This document shows positions 9,298 through 18,551 of a stretch of 64,000 nt of DNA, piece by piece. The DNA comes from Prevotella sp. UBA5387 (GTDB lineage: Bacteria > Bacteroidota > Bacteroidia > Bacteroidales > Bacteroidaceae), in NCBI GenBank assembly GCA_002407775.1, contig DHOP01000009.1:16457-80456 (forward strand), written 5' to 3'. How positions within the stretch are numbered: position 1 is the first letter of the stretch; every line of letters begins with the position of its first letter. Both the position numbers and the translations under genes were made by a program. The notes below the pieces were generated by a model. It saw only the letters and a list, made by a program, of their open reading frames with translations, was not told the origin of the DNA and ran no database searches.

Positions 9298-9684
9298 ATG
9301 GACCATCAGATTATCCCTATCAGTCCCGCTCTTCTTTCGTTGCTTAGTGGCGAAAAAGGTGGACTAGTGCCATTTACTCGCGAAATATTCCTACTAGACA
9401 TCGTCGTTGCAGGCACTACTTTCTGTGAAAATATCGAAGAATTGGCGCCCAAGATCATCGAGGGAACAGTGTTACGGATGCTTCGCGACCCCAAAAACGA
9501 GCATGACAGCATGGCCATCGGCATTTACCTCGATAAGGAAAGGGTCGGTTGGGTTCCCAGAGAGCTCAATCTCATCATCTCACGCCTTATGGATGCTGGC
9601 AAGGCCTTTGTGTGTAGAGTCACGAAAACCGAGTGGAAAAATCAGTGGTTCCGCATCGAGGCAAAAGTCTCCATGATAGAATGA
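9298..9684 (+). CDS. Stand-alone HIRAN domain protein
   Basis: 128 aa from ATG 9298 (the ORF track starts at an upstream TTG). VAGTTFCENIEE...GTVLRMLRDPKNEHDSMAIGIYLDKERVGWVPRELNLIISRLMDAG matches the HIRAN pattern (L.L.R.P.N..D.nAI.v....G..lGyvPr..a..l..lld.G). Confidence 0.6.
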   Translation: MDHQIIPISPALLSLLSGEKGGLVPFTREIFLLDIVVAGTTFCENIEELAPKIIEGTVLRMLRDPKNEHDSMAIGIYLDKERVGWVPRELNLIISRLMDAGKAFVCRVTKTEWKNQWFRIEAKVSMIE

Positions 9685-9877
9685 CAAAATGGTTAAATCA
9701 TTATTGATTTAGCATGTCAAGTCTTTGACAGATAAAAAAACAATTTTTACTTGGGCATTTATTAAACGATACCATGAGGAAACTTACATTTTACGCATAC
9801 GAAAGTGGCCTGGTGGGACTCGTCCAATATATTTCTAGCAGAAAGATAAAGTAAGTGTGAACAATAGTCTATTACTA

Positions 9878-11512
9878 CTATAAATCCATAACCAAGGTCT
9901 CAAAATTGTCGCGGTCTATTGCTTTTTTCTTCATTCGCGAGCGATACGTGTAAATTGTGGTAATGGAAGAACGCAGAATGTCCGCTATCTCTTGATTATC
10001 ATTAATTCCTAGGCGGATAAGCGCATATATACGCATCTCTGTCGTGAGCGCTCCATTGTCTGCGAAATGGACTTGTTCCTCTGGCTGAAGCAGGCAATTA
10101 AAGCCTTCTACAAAATTTGGATAAATGTTTAAAAAAGCCTCATCGAAGTTCTTGAAGAATATAGTAGTAAGTTCGTCAACGTATTTCTGCGACTTCAAGG
10201 CTTGAGAAAGTTGCTCCATATCCTTGTTTTTCGCCAACCGATTAATCTGTTGTTGATAGATCTTGCTGGAGTCTATCATCTTAGAATATAACTGCATGAA
10301 CCGAGAAACATATTCCTCTTTCACTGAATTACTCTCGTCAAGTTCCTGTAGGGTTTGCTGTTGTTGCTCGTTAACAGTAGCCAATTGTTCCATGGCTTGT
10401 TGCTGCAAACGATTGGATTCTTTGACCCTTCGATTGCTGTAACTTAGACGACGCGAAAGGAGAAGAATATAGACAAAACCAGCAACAAGACACAAGAAGA
10501 TGCCTGAAAGTACTATAGCGAAGATAGTTAGTCGGCTATGGGACTTATGTTGCTCCATTTCATAAGCATCGATGATTTTTGGCATTAGCCTCGCTGATTG
10601 TATCATACGAATACGGGCGTTATAGAATGTAGCATCGTTTACGCTCGCTCGTAGATATTTAAAAGCCTTGTCCGTCTCCTGACGGTCGTAAAGCAGAGCA
10701 GCTAAAGAATGAAGAGACGAGTTCTCACGTATACAACCCTTAATATCGCTTATAGCACTGAGTAGATACATTCTCTCCTCCAGTTGCTTGTCGCCTTGCA
10801 GACCAAAGTAGAAAGCCAGTGTGGAGGCAATAATAGAATATGACCTATCACCAGAAACCAAGGTTTTAAAGTAGTCAGAAAGTAAAGTGATAGCTCCATC
10901 AATATCCTTGTCAAAGCCAATAGTCTTTGCTTTGACAGTAATGTATTCAAATGACGAGTGAGGTGCGCGACTTAACAATAGTGTACGCCATTGCTTACCC
11001 TCAGCGTTGAAAAAGTCCGAATACTTCGTGTCATAGCTTATCTCTGAGTTGTAGAGTGACAAGTCATCCTGCACCCGATAATACATCATCTTGTCTTCAT
11101 AGCTAAGCTTCGAGGTGTCAACTTCTGCTATAGTTTGTATAGCAGGAACGAGTAATCCTGACACAGATAGCAGATCTGCCTTTTCTGTAAGTGCACGATA
11201 ATAATGTTGGCTATTCTTCATGCGCCTTGCCAAATCTATGCATCTGTCAATATAGACGCTAGCAGAATCAAAGCGAAAGGCCTGATATTCTTGAAAGATT
11301 CGATGGCAAATTTCCCATTGGTCGGCTTTTGACAACCCACTTTGCCGCAGTCCTGCCTTTATATTGGATATACGAAGATCTTTGGACCTAGATAGTTCCG
11401 ACTGCAACTCGATAAGACTATCAAGCGTCTGGTAGAGTTGTTGGAGAGATGGGTTCGACCAACTCGAAAGAACATTTATTAGGAATATAGTAAGAAATAG
11501 GTATCTTTTCAT
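9878..11512 (-). CDS. Membrane-anchored one-component transcriptional regulator, DUF6377-type (periplasmic TPR-like sensor, one TM helix, coiled coil, C-terminal HTH)
   Basis: 544 aa. N-terminal signal, helical-repeat region, TM segment LTIFAIVLSGIFLCLVAGFVYILLL, Q-rich coiled coil. C-terminal TTEMRIYALIRLGINDNQEIADILRSSITTIYTYRSRMKKKA. Divergent from the starch PUL. Family name is from memory, not from a search. Confidence 0.6.
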   Translation of the reverse strand: MKRYLFLTIFLINVLSSWSNPSLQQLYQTLDSLIELQSELSRSKDLRISNIKAGLRQSGLSKADQWEICHRIFQEYQAFRFDSASVYIDRCIDLARRMKNSQHYYRALTEKADLLSVSGLLVPAIQTIAEVDTSKLSYEDKMMYYRVQDDLSLYNSEISYDTKYSDFFNAEGKQWRTLLLSRAPHSSFEYITVKAKTIGFDKDIDGAITLLSDYFKTLVSGDRSYSIIASTLAFYFGLQGDKQLEERMYLLSAISDIKGCIRENSSLHSLAALLYDRQETDKAFKYLRASVNDATFYNARIRMIQSARLMPKIIDAYEMEQHKSHSRLTIFAIVLSGIFLCLVAGFVYILLLSRRLSYSNRRVKESNRLQQQAMEQLATVNEQQQQTLQELDESNSVKEEYVSRFMQLYSKMIDSSKIYQQQINRLAKNKDMEQLSQALKSQKYVDELTTIFFKNFDEAFLNIYPNFVEGFNCLLQPEEQVHFADNGALTTEMRIYALIRLGINDNQEIADILRSSITTIYTYRSRMKKKAIDRDNFETLVMDL

Positions 11513-11591
11513 TGCTCAAGGCATTTGGTCATAGGCCATATTATCTTGGAGTGAATATCGCCTAATGGTTGGTATCCTTTCCGTTAATTTG

Positions 11592-11599
11592 CAAAGATA
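11592..11599 (-). promoter_or_regulatory. Candidate -7 box (TATCTTTG) for the regulator gene
   Basis: The minus strand reads TATCTTTG, 80 nt upstream of ATG 11512. Confidence 0.35.
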
Positions 11600-11623
11600 A
11601 TAAAATTGTTGATTTCCGAGAGT

Positions 11624-11730
11624 ATAATTCAATTTGTTTTACGTTGTGATTCAATTTGATTCACGTTGTGTTTCAATTTGATTCATGCGGTGATTCAATT
11701 TGTTTTACTGAGTGATTCAATTTGAATCAC
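11624..11730 (+). repeat. Array A of the 22-bp-periodic near-palindrome repeat family (5 units)
   Basis: Units start at 11624, 11646, 11668, 11690 and 11712. Sequences: ATAATTCAATTTGTTTTAC, GTGATTCAATTTGATTCAC, GTGTTTCAATTTGATTCAT, GTGATTCAATTTGTTTTAC, GTGATTCAATTTGAATCAC. Spacers are 3 nt. Confidence 0.95.
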
Positions 11731-11936
11731 GATCCGACTACTATGTAACCATGCCTACAATGGTTAATTTTGGGCAGCTTTCTTACTGCTTTTGCGTTTC
11801 TAAAGTCCGTTTTTGTCGAATAAGGTTTAGATTATTCTCATTCAAAAATATGATAAATCATTTATAATCAGCTAATTGATATTTTGATTAACTTTGATTT
11901 ATCATTGATAGACTTGTACTCTCCCATCCTTTGATC

Positions 11937-11944
11937 TATCTTTG
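11937..11944 (+). promoter_or_regulatory. Candidate -7 box (TATCTTTG) for the starch-PUL susC
   Basis: TATCTTTG lies 38 nt upstream of ATG 11982 and inside the TTG-extended ORF-track version, which supports the 11982 start. Confidence 0.45.
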
Positions 11945-11981
11945 CAACATTATACTACTAATATTAACTATAGAAAAAAGT

Positions 11982-14975
11982 ATGAGCAAACAATTCTTGA
12001 AACATGCAGTCTTGTGCTGCGTGTCCCTATTGATGGCTACGGCAATGCAAGCCCAAACCGCTATCAGCGGTAAGGTTGTGGATAGCGCCGGAGAACCACT
12101 CATCGGTGCTTCAGTAACGCTAAAAAGCAATACCAATCAAGGCACAGTTTCCGACTTAGACGGAAAATTCACACTACAAGCCAGAGCAGGCTCCACACTC
12201 GTCGTGAGTTACATTGGGTTTTTATCTAAAGAGGTGCAAGCATCTCAAGATATGACCGTGGTACTGCAAGAAGAAAACAACACGCTTAATGACGTGGTAG
12301 TCATTGGTTATGGCTCCGTAAAGCGCAAGGATGCCACTGGATCTTTGGAGACACTCACTGCTGACCCGAAATTAAAAGGTGTAGCTCCCAATGCCACTGA
12401 CATGCTTGTGGGCAAGATTGCCGGCGTAAACATCACGACTTCAGGCGGTTCGGCCACAGGAGGTGCCAGCATCCGCATTCGCGGAGGTTCGTCACTATCT
12501 GCCAGCAACACCCCATTGATCATCATCGACGGCGTCTATCTTGATGGCGGAGGTGTCGGGGGCGTGGGCAACGTGCTTAGTTCTATCAACCCGAACGATA
12601 TAGAGGACTTCACGGTCCTCAAGGATGCATCAGCCACTGCCATCTATGGTAGCCGTGCTTCCAATGGTGTCATTCTCATCACAACCAAGAAAGGCAAGAG
12701 CGGTAAAATCAAAGTCACCTATGACGGAAATGTCAGCGTTGCCAATAAGAAGAAGACTGTCGACGTGCTCAATGGCGACGAGTTCCGAAATCTCATTCAG
12801 ACTACCTTTGCAGGACTAAGCAACGAGGCAGCGGCAGTAGGCAAACTTGGTACAGAGAACACCGATTGGCAGGGGCAACTCTTCCGTAGCGCCGTCACAA
12901 CGGATCATGCAGTGAGCGTATACGGAGCCGTAAAGGACTTCATGCCCTACCGTGTTTCCATGGGCTATACCGACAATAACGGTATCCTGAAGACTGACCA
13001 CATGGAACGCTACACCGCTGGTTTCTCCACCACTCCATCATTCTTCGACAATCACCTGCGTCTCAACATCAATGCAAAGTATATGCATTCCAAAAGCCGC
13101 TTTGCCAATGCAGGAGCTATCGGAACCGCTATCGTGATGGATCCAACGCAGCCAGTCTATGCCGACCCATCCACCCCACAAGGGCAGTATGGTGGCTACT
13201 GGGCTTGGATAGGCGATGACAACAAGCTTATCGGTGTGTCCACCAAGAATCCTGTGTCTATGCTTATGCAGCATAATGACTTGGCTGATGCCGACAACTT
13301 CATTGGAAACGCACAGTTTGACTATGACTTCTTCTATATAAAGGGGCTTCGCGCAACACTAAATCTGTCACTTGACTATTCTCATTCCAGTGGCACGACA
13401 GATGATCCATATGACGCTCAGATATCTGCCTATACCTTAGGCTATCACAATGACTGGACACAGACACGTCGCAATCAGATGCTCGACTTCTATATGACAT
13501 ATGCACGCGACCTCAAAAGCATCCGTAGCCACTTCGATGTAATGGGCGGTTATTCATGGCAGAGATACTGGATGCATAGCCCTTTCCATCGTATCGCTCA
13601 ATTCCAATATGATAATTCCGGTGCACTTGTGCCTTTCCAGGAGGTTTCTGGGGACTATCCAACCCAGCATTACATCGTGTCATTCTTCGGACGCTTCAAC
13701 TATTCGTTGATGGATCGTTATCTTCTGACATTCACTATCCGCGATGACGGTAGCTCTAGATTCTCCAAACAGAACCACTGGGGTGTCTTCCCATCAGTTG
13801 CTTTCGCCTGGCGCATCATCGAAGAGTCATGGCTTAAAGAGCAAAATGTGCTGAGTAACCTCAAGCTACGTTTGGGTTGGGGTAAGACTGGACAACAAGA
13901 CATCAATCAAGGAGACTATCCTTTCCTCGGCTCTTACTACTTTAACATCAACAGTCAGTCCATGTATTACCGCAATGGTGCATGGAGTTATTTGCTGCAA
14001 CCTAACGCTTACAACCCCGATTTGAAGTGGGAGACCACTTCGACTTACAACATCGGTTTGGACTTCGGATTCCTGAAGAACCGCATCACGGGTAGTATCG
14101 ACGCTTATTGGCGCAAGACAACTGACCTTATCAATGCCGAGGCAAAGCAACCTGCAGGAGCAAACTTTGCAGAATATGTCGCTGCCAACATTGGCGACTT
14201 GGAGAACAAGGGTATTGAACTTTCACTCAACACTGTTCCTGTACAGACCAGAGACTGGACTTGGGAACTCGGTGCAAATGTTTCTTGGAATCAGAACAAG
14301 ATCCTAAAGCTCAACAATGGTGATGGCACAGAGGCCACCCAGCGCCGATTCTTCGGCACTGCGGGCGACGGTTCACAGAACCTCAAGGTACACATGGTTG
14401 GCCAACCAGCTGGAATGTGGTACATGTATGAGCAGGTATATGACAAGGCTGGCAAGCCCATCGAGGGTGTCTTTGTTGACCAAAACAATGATGGCGTCAT
14501 TAATGAAAAGGATCTTCACCTCTATCACAAGTCGACCCCAGACGTTACTGTCGGCCTGAATTCGAAACTACAGTGGCGCAATTGGGATTTTGATATTGCC
14601 GGTCACGGTGCCTTTGGTAACTGGATTTACAACAGTATGGGCGGTGGCGAGATGTCCCCTGCACGTCTTTTTGCCAACCTTTTCCTCACCAACCGTACGG
14701 TAGAGTCACTCTATAGTAACTTCCAAACCAACAAAGTGCTATCCGACTACTATGTAAGGAATGCGTCCTACTTCCGTATTGACAATATCACTTTGGGTTA
14801 TTCGTTCCCGAGCATCGGCTCATTGAAGACTTCGGGACGTGTCTATGCCACCGTGCAGAATCCGTTTGTGATAACCTCTTACTCCGGATTGGACCCAGAA
14901 ATCGATGGCGGTTACGACAACAGTTTCTATCCACGGCCAATCACTTTCTTACTTGGCGTGAACCTAAACTTCTAA
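11982..14975 (+). CDS. susC: SusC-family TonB-dependent receptor of the starch/alpha-glucan PUL
   Basis: Signal peptide, carboxypeptidase-regulatory-like domain (GKVVDSAGEPLIGASV), plug (VVVIGYGSVKRKD), barrel ending ...LLGVNLNF. Followed by SusD, a CBM26-repeat lipoprotein and a GH13 amylase. Confidence 0.9.
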   Translation: MSKQFLKHAVLCCVSLLMATAMQAQTAISGKVVDSAGEPLIGASVTLKSNTNQGTVSDLDGKFTLQARAGSTLVVSYIGFLSKEVQASQDMTVVLQEENNTLNDVVVIGYGSVKRKDATGSLETLTADPKLKGVAPNATDMLVGKIAGVNITTSGGSATGGASIRIRGGSSLSASNTPLIIIDGVYLDGGGVGGVGNVLSSINPNDIEDFTVLKDASATAIYGSRASNGVILITTKKGKSGKIKVTYDGNVSVANKKKTVDVLNGDEFRNLIQTTFAGLSNEAAAVGKLGTENTDWQGQLFRSAVTTDHAVSVYGAVKDFMPYRVSMGYTDNNGILKTDHMERYTAGFSTTPSFFDNHLRLNINAKYMHSKSRFANAGAIGTAIVMDPTQPVYADPSTPQGQYGGYWAWIGDDNKLIGVSTKNPVSMLMQHNDLADADNFIGNAQFDYDFFYIKGLRATLNLSLDYSHSSGTTDDPYDAQISAYTLGYHNDWTQTRRNQMLDFYMTYARDLKSIRSHFDVMGGYSWQRYWMHSPFHRIAQFQYDNSGALVPFQEVSGDYPTQHYIVSFFGRFNYSLMDRYLLTFTIRDDGSSRFSKQNHWGVFPSVAFAWRIIEESWLKEQNVLSNLKLRLGWGKTGQQDINQGDYPFLGSYYFNINSQSMYYRNGAWSYLLQPNAYNPDLKWETTSTYNIGLDFGFLKNRITGSIDAYWRKTTDLINAEAKQPAGANFAEYVAANIGDLENKGIELSLNTVPVQTRDWTWELGANVSWNQNKILKLNNGDGTEATQRRFFGTAGDGSQNLKVHMVGQPAGMWYMYEQVYDKAGKPIEGVFVDQNNDGVINEKDLHLYHKSTPDVTVGLNSKLQWRNWDFDIAGHGAFGNWIYNSMGGGEMSPARLFANLFLTNRTVESLYSNFQTNKVLSDYYVRNASYFRIDNITLGYSFPSIGSLKTSGRVYATVQNPFVITSYSGLDPEIDGGYDNSFYPRPITFLLGVNLNF

Positions 14976-14987
14976 TGACAAACAACG

Positions 14988-16592
14988 ATGATTATGAAAT
15001 CTATATATAGCAAGATAGCAGCGGTAGTACTCCTCAGCATTACTGGACTGACCGCCTGCACCAATGACCTGAACCAGGAGCCGCTGGCCGACACTACTTT
15101 GACGGCTGAGAAGGCATGGATTCAGCCTGGTTCATACGACAAATACATGTCCAAGCTTTACAGTGCACTGGCCATTTCGGGCAACGATGGCCCAGGGTCA
15201 GGCGACATTGTGGGTTCAGACCAGGGCGAAGCAACGCTGATTCGCTCTTATTTCAACCTTCAGGAGCTACCCACTGACGAAGCAGCCATTGCATGGGGCG
15301 ACGATGGTCTGAATAGCTTGACATTCAACTCATGGAGTGCCACCAACCGATTCATCATGCTGTCTTATGACCGTTGCGAACTTATCAATGCCTGGGTCAA
15401 TGAGTTTCTCATCCAGACGACTGACGAAAAGCTCAGTGCTCGCGGTGCCAGCACTGCTTTGATCGACTCTGTGAAGCTTATGCGCAACGAGGCTCGCGTC
15501 ATCCGTGCTTTCTCTTACAGCCTGCTTATGGACCTTTATGCCAATGTTCCTTTTGTGGATGAAAACACTGGCGTAGGTGCGTTCTTGCCCGAGCAGAAAG
15601 GCCGTGACTTCCTGTTCCCTTACATAGAAAGCGAACTTAAGGCTGCCATTGCCAATCTTCCAGAGAAGAGCGACCGTCATTACGGCATGGCAAACAAGTT
15701 CGTAGCCGATATGATTTTGGCCAATCTCTACATGAATGCAGAGGTTTACGGACAAGGAAACCGCTACAACGATGCCATCGCTTGCCTTAATGACATTATC
15801 GACAACGGTGGTTATACGTTGGAACAAAAGTATGGTTACAACTTCAATGCTGACAATTACAAGTCCAAGGAAATTATCTTCCCAATCATTTACGATAGCC
15901 AATATGCACAGAGCTATGGTGGAACGATGTACCTCATGGCAGGAACGTTTGGCACAGACATGGCTCCTTCCGACAACTATGGTCTCAATGGGTCTTGGTC
16001 AGGACTACGTGTGAAGGAAGATATTGTGAACCTTTTCAGCGAGGGAGATCAGCGCGCGATGTTCTTTACAGGTGAGGGCACCGATAAACCACGCACCAAA
16101 TCCATCTCTAACACATCCGATTACTATCAGGGTTATCCTTCTATCAAGTATCAAAACCTAAACCGCGACGGCTCGGCTGCAGTCAACAAGAACTTCTCTG
16201 ACGTGGACTTCCCATTCTACAGATTGGCCGATGCATATTTGCTTTACATAGAGGCTGTAAAGCGTGGAGGCAATGGAGACGCTGCGAAGGCTGTACGCTT
16301 GTGGAATGCTTTGCAACTAAGGGCATTTGGAAATAACAACCATGATATCGCAAGTTTGTCAGACATTACACTCAATGATATCCTTGACGAACGTGGTCGT
16401 GAACTCTATTGGGAGGCTCATCGCAGAACAGACCTTATCCGGTTCAATAACTTTACCGACAACAAGAACTGGTCTTGGAAGGGTGGATCACAAGCTGGCG
16501 TGCAGAAGATAGACGACAAATACAAGATCTATCCATTGCCATCGACCGACCTTTCGGCCAATCCAAACCTCAAGCAGAACCCCGGTTACTAA
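14988..16592 (+). CDS. susD: SusD-family glycan-binding lipoprotein
   Basis: 534 aa. Lipoprotein signal ...SITGLTAC. SusD-like motifs (RVIRAFSYSLLMDLYANVPF, FPFYRLADAYLLYIEA). Confidence 0.85.
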   Translation: MIMKSIYSKIAAVVLLSITGLTACTNDLNQEPLADTTLTAEKAWIQPGSYDKYMSKLYSALAISGNDGPGSGDIVGSDQGEATLIRSYFNLQELPTDEAAIAWGDDGLNSLTFNSWSATNRFIMLSYDRCELINAWVNEFLIQTTDEKLSARGASTALIDSVKLMRNEARVIRAFSYSLLMDLYANVPFVDENTGVGAFLPEQKGRDFLFPYIESELKAAIANLPEKSDRHYGMANKFVADMILANLYMNAEVYGQGNRYNDAIACLNDIIDNGGYTLEQKYGYNFNADNYKSKEIIFPIIYDSQYAQSYGGTMYLMAGTFGTDMAPSDNYGLNGSWSGLRVKEDIVNLFSEGDQRAMFFTGEGTDKPRTKSISNTSDYYQGYPSIKYQNLNRDGSAAVNKNFSDVDFPFYRLADAYLLYIEAVKRGGNGDAAKAVRLWNALQLRAFGNNNHDIASLSDITLNDILDERGRELYWEAHRRTDLIRFNNFTDNKNWSWKGGSQAGVQKIDDKYKIYPLPSTDLSANPNLKQNPGY

Positions 16593-16612
16593 TCCATAAT
16601 AATGATTTCGCA

Positions 16613-18055
16613 ATGAAAAAGATAAAATATTTAGCCCTCATGATGTTGGGATTGCTTTCCCTTGCATCATGTAGCGATGACGATTCTCCCATACTTGACT
16701 TCAGTCGAACAGAGCTTCCTAAGCTCAATTCACTGGGACAGAACGTGATGTATGTCTATAACAATCAGAACACTAAGTACGTTTTCACTTGGAGTCAGGC
16801 CCGTTTCTTCTTCAAAGATGCCTATGCATCAACCTCAATTGGTGGTTATGAGAAAGGTGGAGTTACCTATGAGTTGCAATGCGACACTGTAGGCAACAAC
16901 TTCGCCACCCCTATTAGCGCCGGCAGTGTGACTTCCTTGAACTCCCTGACCATTGATGCGGCTGAGTTGGCAAAGACTATAGAAGCTACCTATCCTCAAC
17001 CAGACAGCATCGTTCCGCTAGAGTTCAGAATCAAAGCACAATTTGGTTCGACCGATACCACGATCATCTATAGTTCAAATGTGCTGCCCGTGACGCTCAA
17101 TTACGCCGGCAAACCTGCTGCTCCAGCGCCTGATCATGCACCTTACAAAGTATATGTGGACGACCAAACTGGGTGGGATGCTACCACGCTTTATATTTGG
17201 AATGATGGTGGTAAGGTGAAGGACGGATGGCCAGGTGTAGCTCCTACAAGCACAGAGAAGATAGGAAATACAACCTATAAGGTATGGGAGCTCGACGAAG
17301 CCTATCAGAAAGCCAAAGGCATGCACTTCATTTTCAACAACAATGGAGGCGGAACACAAATCGATGATGTACTTAGTGGCTTTGAATTCACAGGCAATGT
17401 TTACCTTCGTCTCAATGCCGACAAGACGTTCCAGCAACTTCCTGACCCATTCGCAAAGACCATTAGGCTCTATGTGAAGAATACTACGGGCTGGTCAGAC
17501 ACTTATCTCTACATGTGGAGCAACGGTGGAGATGTCGCCGACCCATGGCCAGGACTAAGGCTCGATGGTGGCAACAAGGTGACGCTCAATGGCGTAGAGT
17601 ACACCGAATATTACTTACCACAGGCTTATGTGGGCAAGACGGGTGCCAACTTCATCTTCAATAACAACGCCGGCTCACAGTTTGACGGTCCTCAGAACGT
17701 GAATCTCGATCACGATCTCGGTGTTACACTGAGTAGCACAGGTGCCAACGAGGAGAATTTACCTGCACGTATCTTTGTTCTTGACGGCAGTGGTTGGGGC
17801 GACCTTAGTCTGTACGCATGGAATGAGACAGGTAATATGGTCGGATGGCCAGGCGTACACTACAGCTTCACTGAGAATATCAACGGTTTAGAATGGAAAG
17901 TCTTTGTTATGCCAAGTGACTATGCCGCCAATGCAGTGAACTATATCTTCAACAACAATGGAGGTGGAAGTCAGTTTGATGCCATGAGTGGTTACACCAT
18001 CAAGGGTGAGACTTTTGTCAGCATCACATCGAAATCGTACACAGTAATTGAATAA
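16613..18055 (+). CDS. SusE/SusF-like surface lipoprotein with three CBM26-like starch-binding repeats
   Basis: Start set at ATG 16613 (MKKIKYLALMMLGLLSLASC lipobox); the ORF-track start overlaps susD. Three repeats of (Y/F)V.D.(T/S)GW....LY.W...G....WPG, each followed by FIFNNNGGG(T/S)Q.D. The same module heads the downstream amylase. Confidence 0.7.
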   Translation: MKKIKYLALMMLGLLSLASCSDDDSPILDFSRTELPKLNSLGQNVMYVYNNQNTKYVFTWSQARFFFKDAYASTSIGGYEKGGVTYELQCDTVGNNFATPISAGSVTSLNSLTIDAAELAKTIEATYPQPDSIVPLEFRIKAQFGSTDTTIIYSSNVLPVTLNYAGKPAAPAPDHAPYKVYVDDQTGWDATTLYIWNDGGKVKDGWPGVAPTSTEKIGNTTYKVWELDEAYQKAKGMHFIFNNNGGGTQIDDVLSGFEFTGNVYLRLNADKTFQQLPDPFAKTIRLYVKNTTGWSDTYLYMWSNGGDVADPWPGLRLDGGNKVTLNGVEYTEYYLPQAYVGKTGANFIFNNNAGSQFDGPQNVNLDHDLGVTLSSTGANEENLPARIFVLDGSGWGDLSLYAWNETGNMVGWPGVHYSFTENINGLEWKVFVMPSDYAANAVNYIFNNNGGGSQFDAMSGYTIKGETFVSITSKSYTVIE

Positions 18056-18093
18056 AAAACTTGCACCAAAAACATATAGATGTATTGTGTTTT

Positions 18094-18549
18094 ATGAGAA
18101 ATCTAATGTTAGTTCTACTTATGCAAGCTTGGTCTGTCTGCGCTTCGGCGCAGGCAGATCTTATTCACCTTGCCGCAGACAAGTTCACCAATGCCCAAGC
18201 GGGCAATGTGTTGACTGTCGAACCGACGTTCTTCCGTAATGCCGTACAGCAGTTGGAAATGAATGGCAACATACTTGCCACTTCTAAAACCACAGCTGGA
18301 AGCATTGTCTACACACTTACACAAGTTGATATTGACAAGTTAAAGGCTACCGGGATGGACATGAAGCTTACTAATGGCACTATCATTTATATATTCCTCA
18401 ATGATGCCACCACAGGGATATCCAACCCCATTAGTGCCGACATATCAGCACCCCCTGGACTTATATACTCATTAGACGGCCGTCGCCTCAACCAGGCTCC
18501 AAGCCAAGGAATATACATCACGAACGGCAAGAAACATCTTGCCCACTAA
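18094..18549 (+). CDS. Small secreted protein with a T9SS C-terminal sorting-domain-like tail (function unknown)
   Basis: Start at ATG 18094 (MRNLMLVLLMQAWSVCASAQ signal). C-terminus ...LIYSLDGRRLNQAPSQGIYITNGKKHLAH resembles a type A T9SS CTD. Confidence 0.5.
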   Translation: MRNLMLVLLMQAWSVCASAQADLIHLAADKFTNAQAGNVLTVEPTFFRNAVQQLEMNGNILATSKTTAGSIVYTLTQVDIDKLKATGMDMKLTNGTIIYIFLNDATTGISNPISADISAPPGLIYSLDGRRLNQAPSQGIYITNGKKHLAH

Positions 18550-18551
18550 TC

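Noticed and set aside
11624-11730. Could the 22-bp-periodic arrays be CRISPR arrays?
   Set aside because: The units are 19 bp with only 3-nt spacers, so there are no unique spacers. Arrays have 4-5 units, are dispersed at five loci, and no cas gene is in the window.
11624-11730. Array A as a dedicated operator for the adjacent DUF6377-type PUL regulator
   Set aside because: The same array occurs at four other loci next to unrelated genes (gmk/yicC, fabI, LOG/GT2, and the amylase 3' end). It is therefore not a PUL-specific operator. A local effect on the regulator promoter remains possible.
15330-15902. Long antisense or nested ORFs inside well-supported genes. Examples: 15330-15902, 18825-19412, 31299-31808, 33103-33606, 35804-36277, 51068-51541, 54359-54967, and the many 60-130-aa ORFs in the track.
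   Set aside because: Each lies wholly within, and mostly opposite to, a CDS with strong family-specific motifs. Their translations are low complexity or have no recognisable motifs, and no promoter box or plausible start context was seen. Treated as frame artefacts.
16475-16612. ORF-track N-terminal extensions: 16475 (SusE/F-like), 58654 (GT-C), 6914 (lplA-lipA), 11931 (susC), 18061, 35505 (dxr), 36761 (rseP), 55283 (LOG), 60647 (miaB), 26643, 30442, 41442
   Set aside because: The extensions start at TTG/GTG or overlap the upstream gene. They also precede an ATG followed by a canonical signal peptide, lipobox or family N-terminus. In several cases a TAnnTTTG box lies inside the extension. 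The downstream ATG was used instead.
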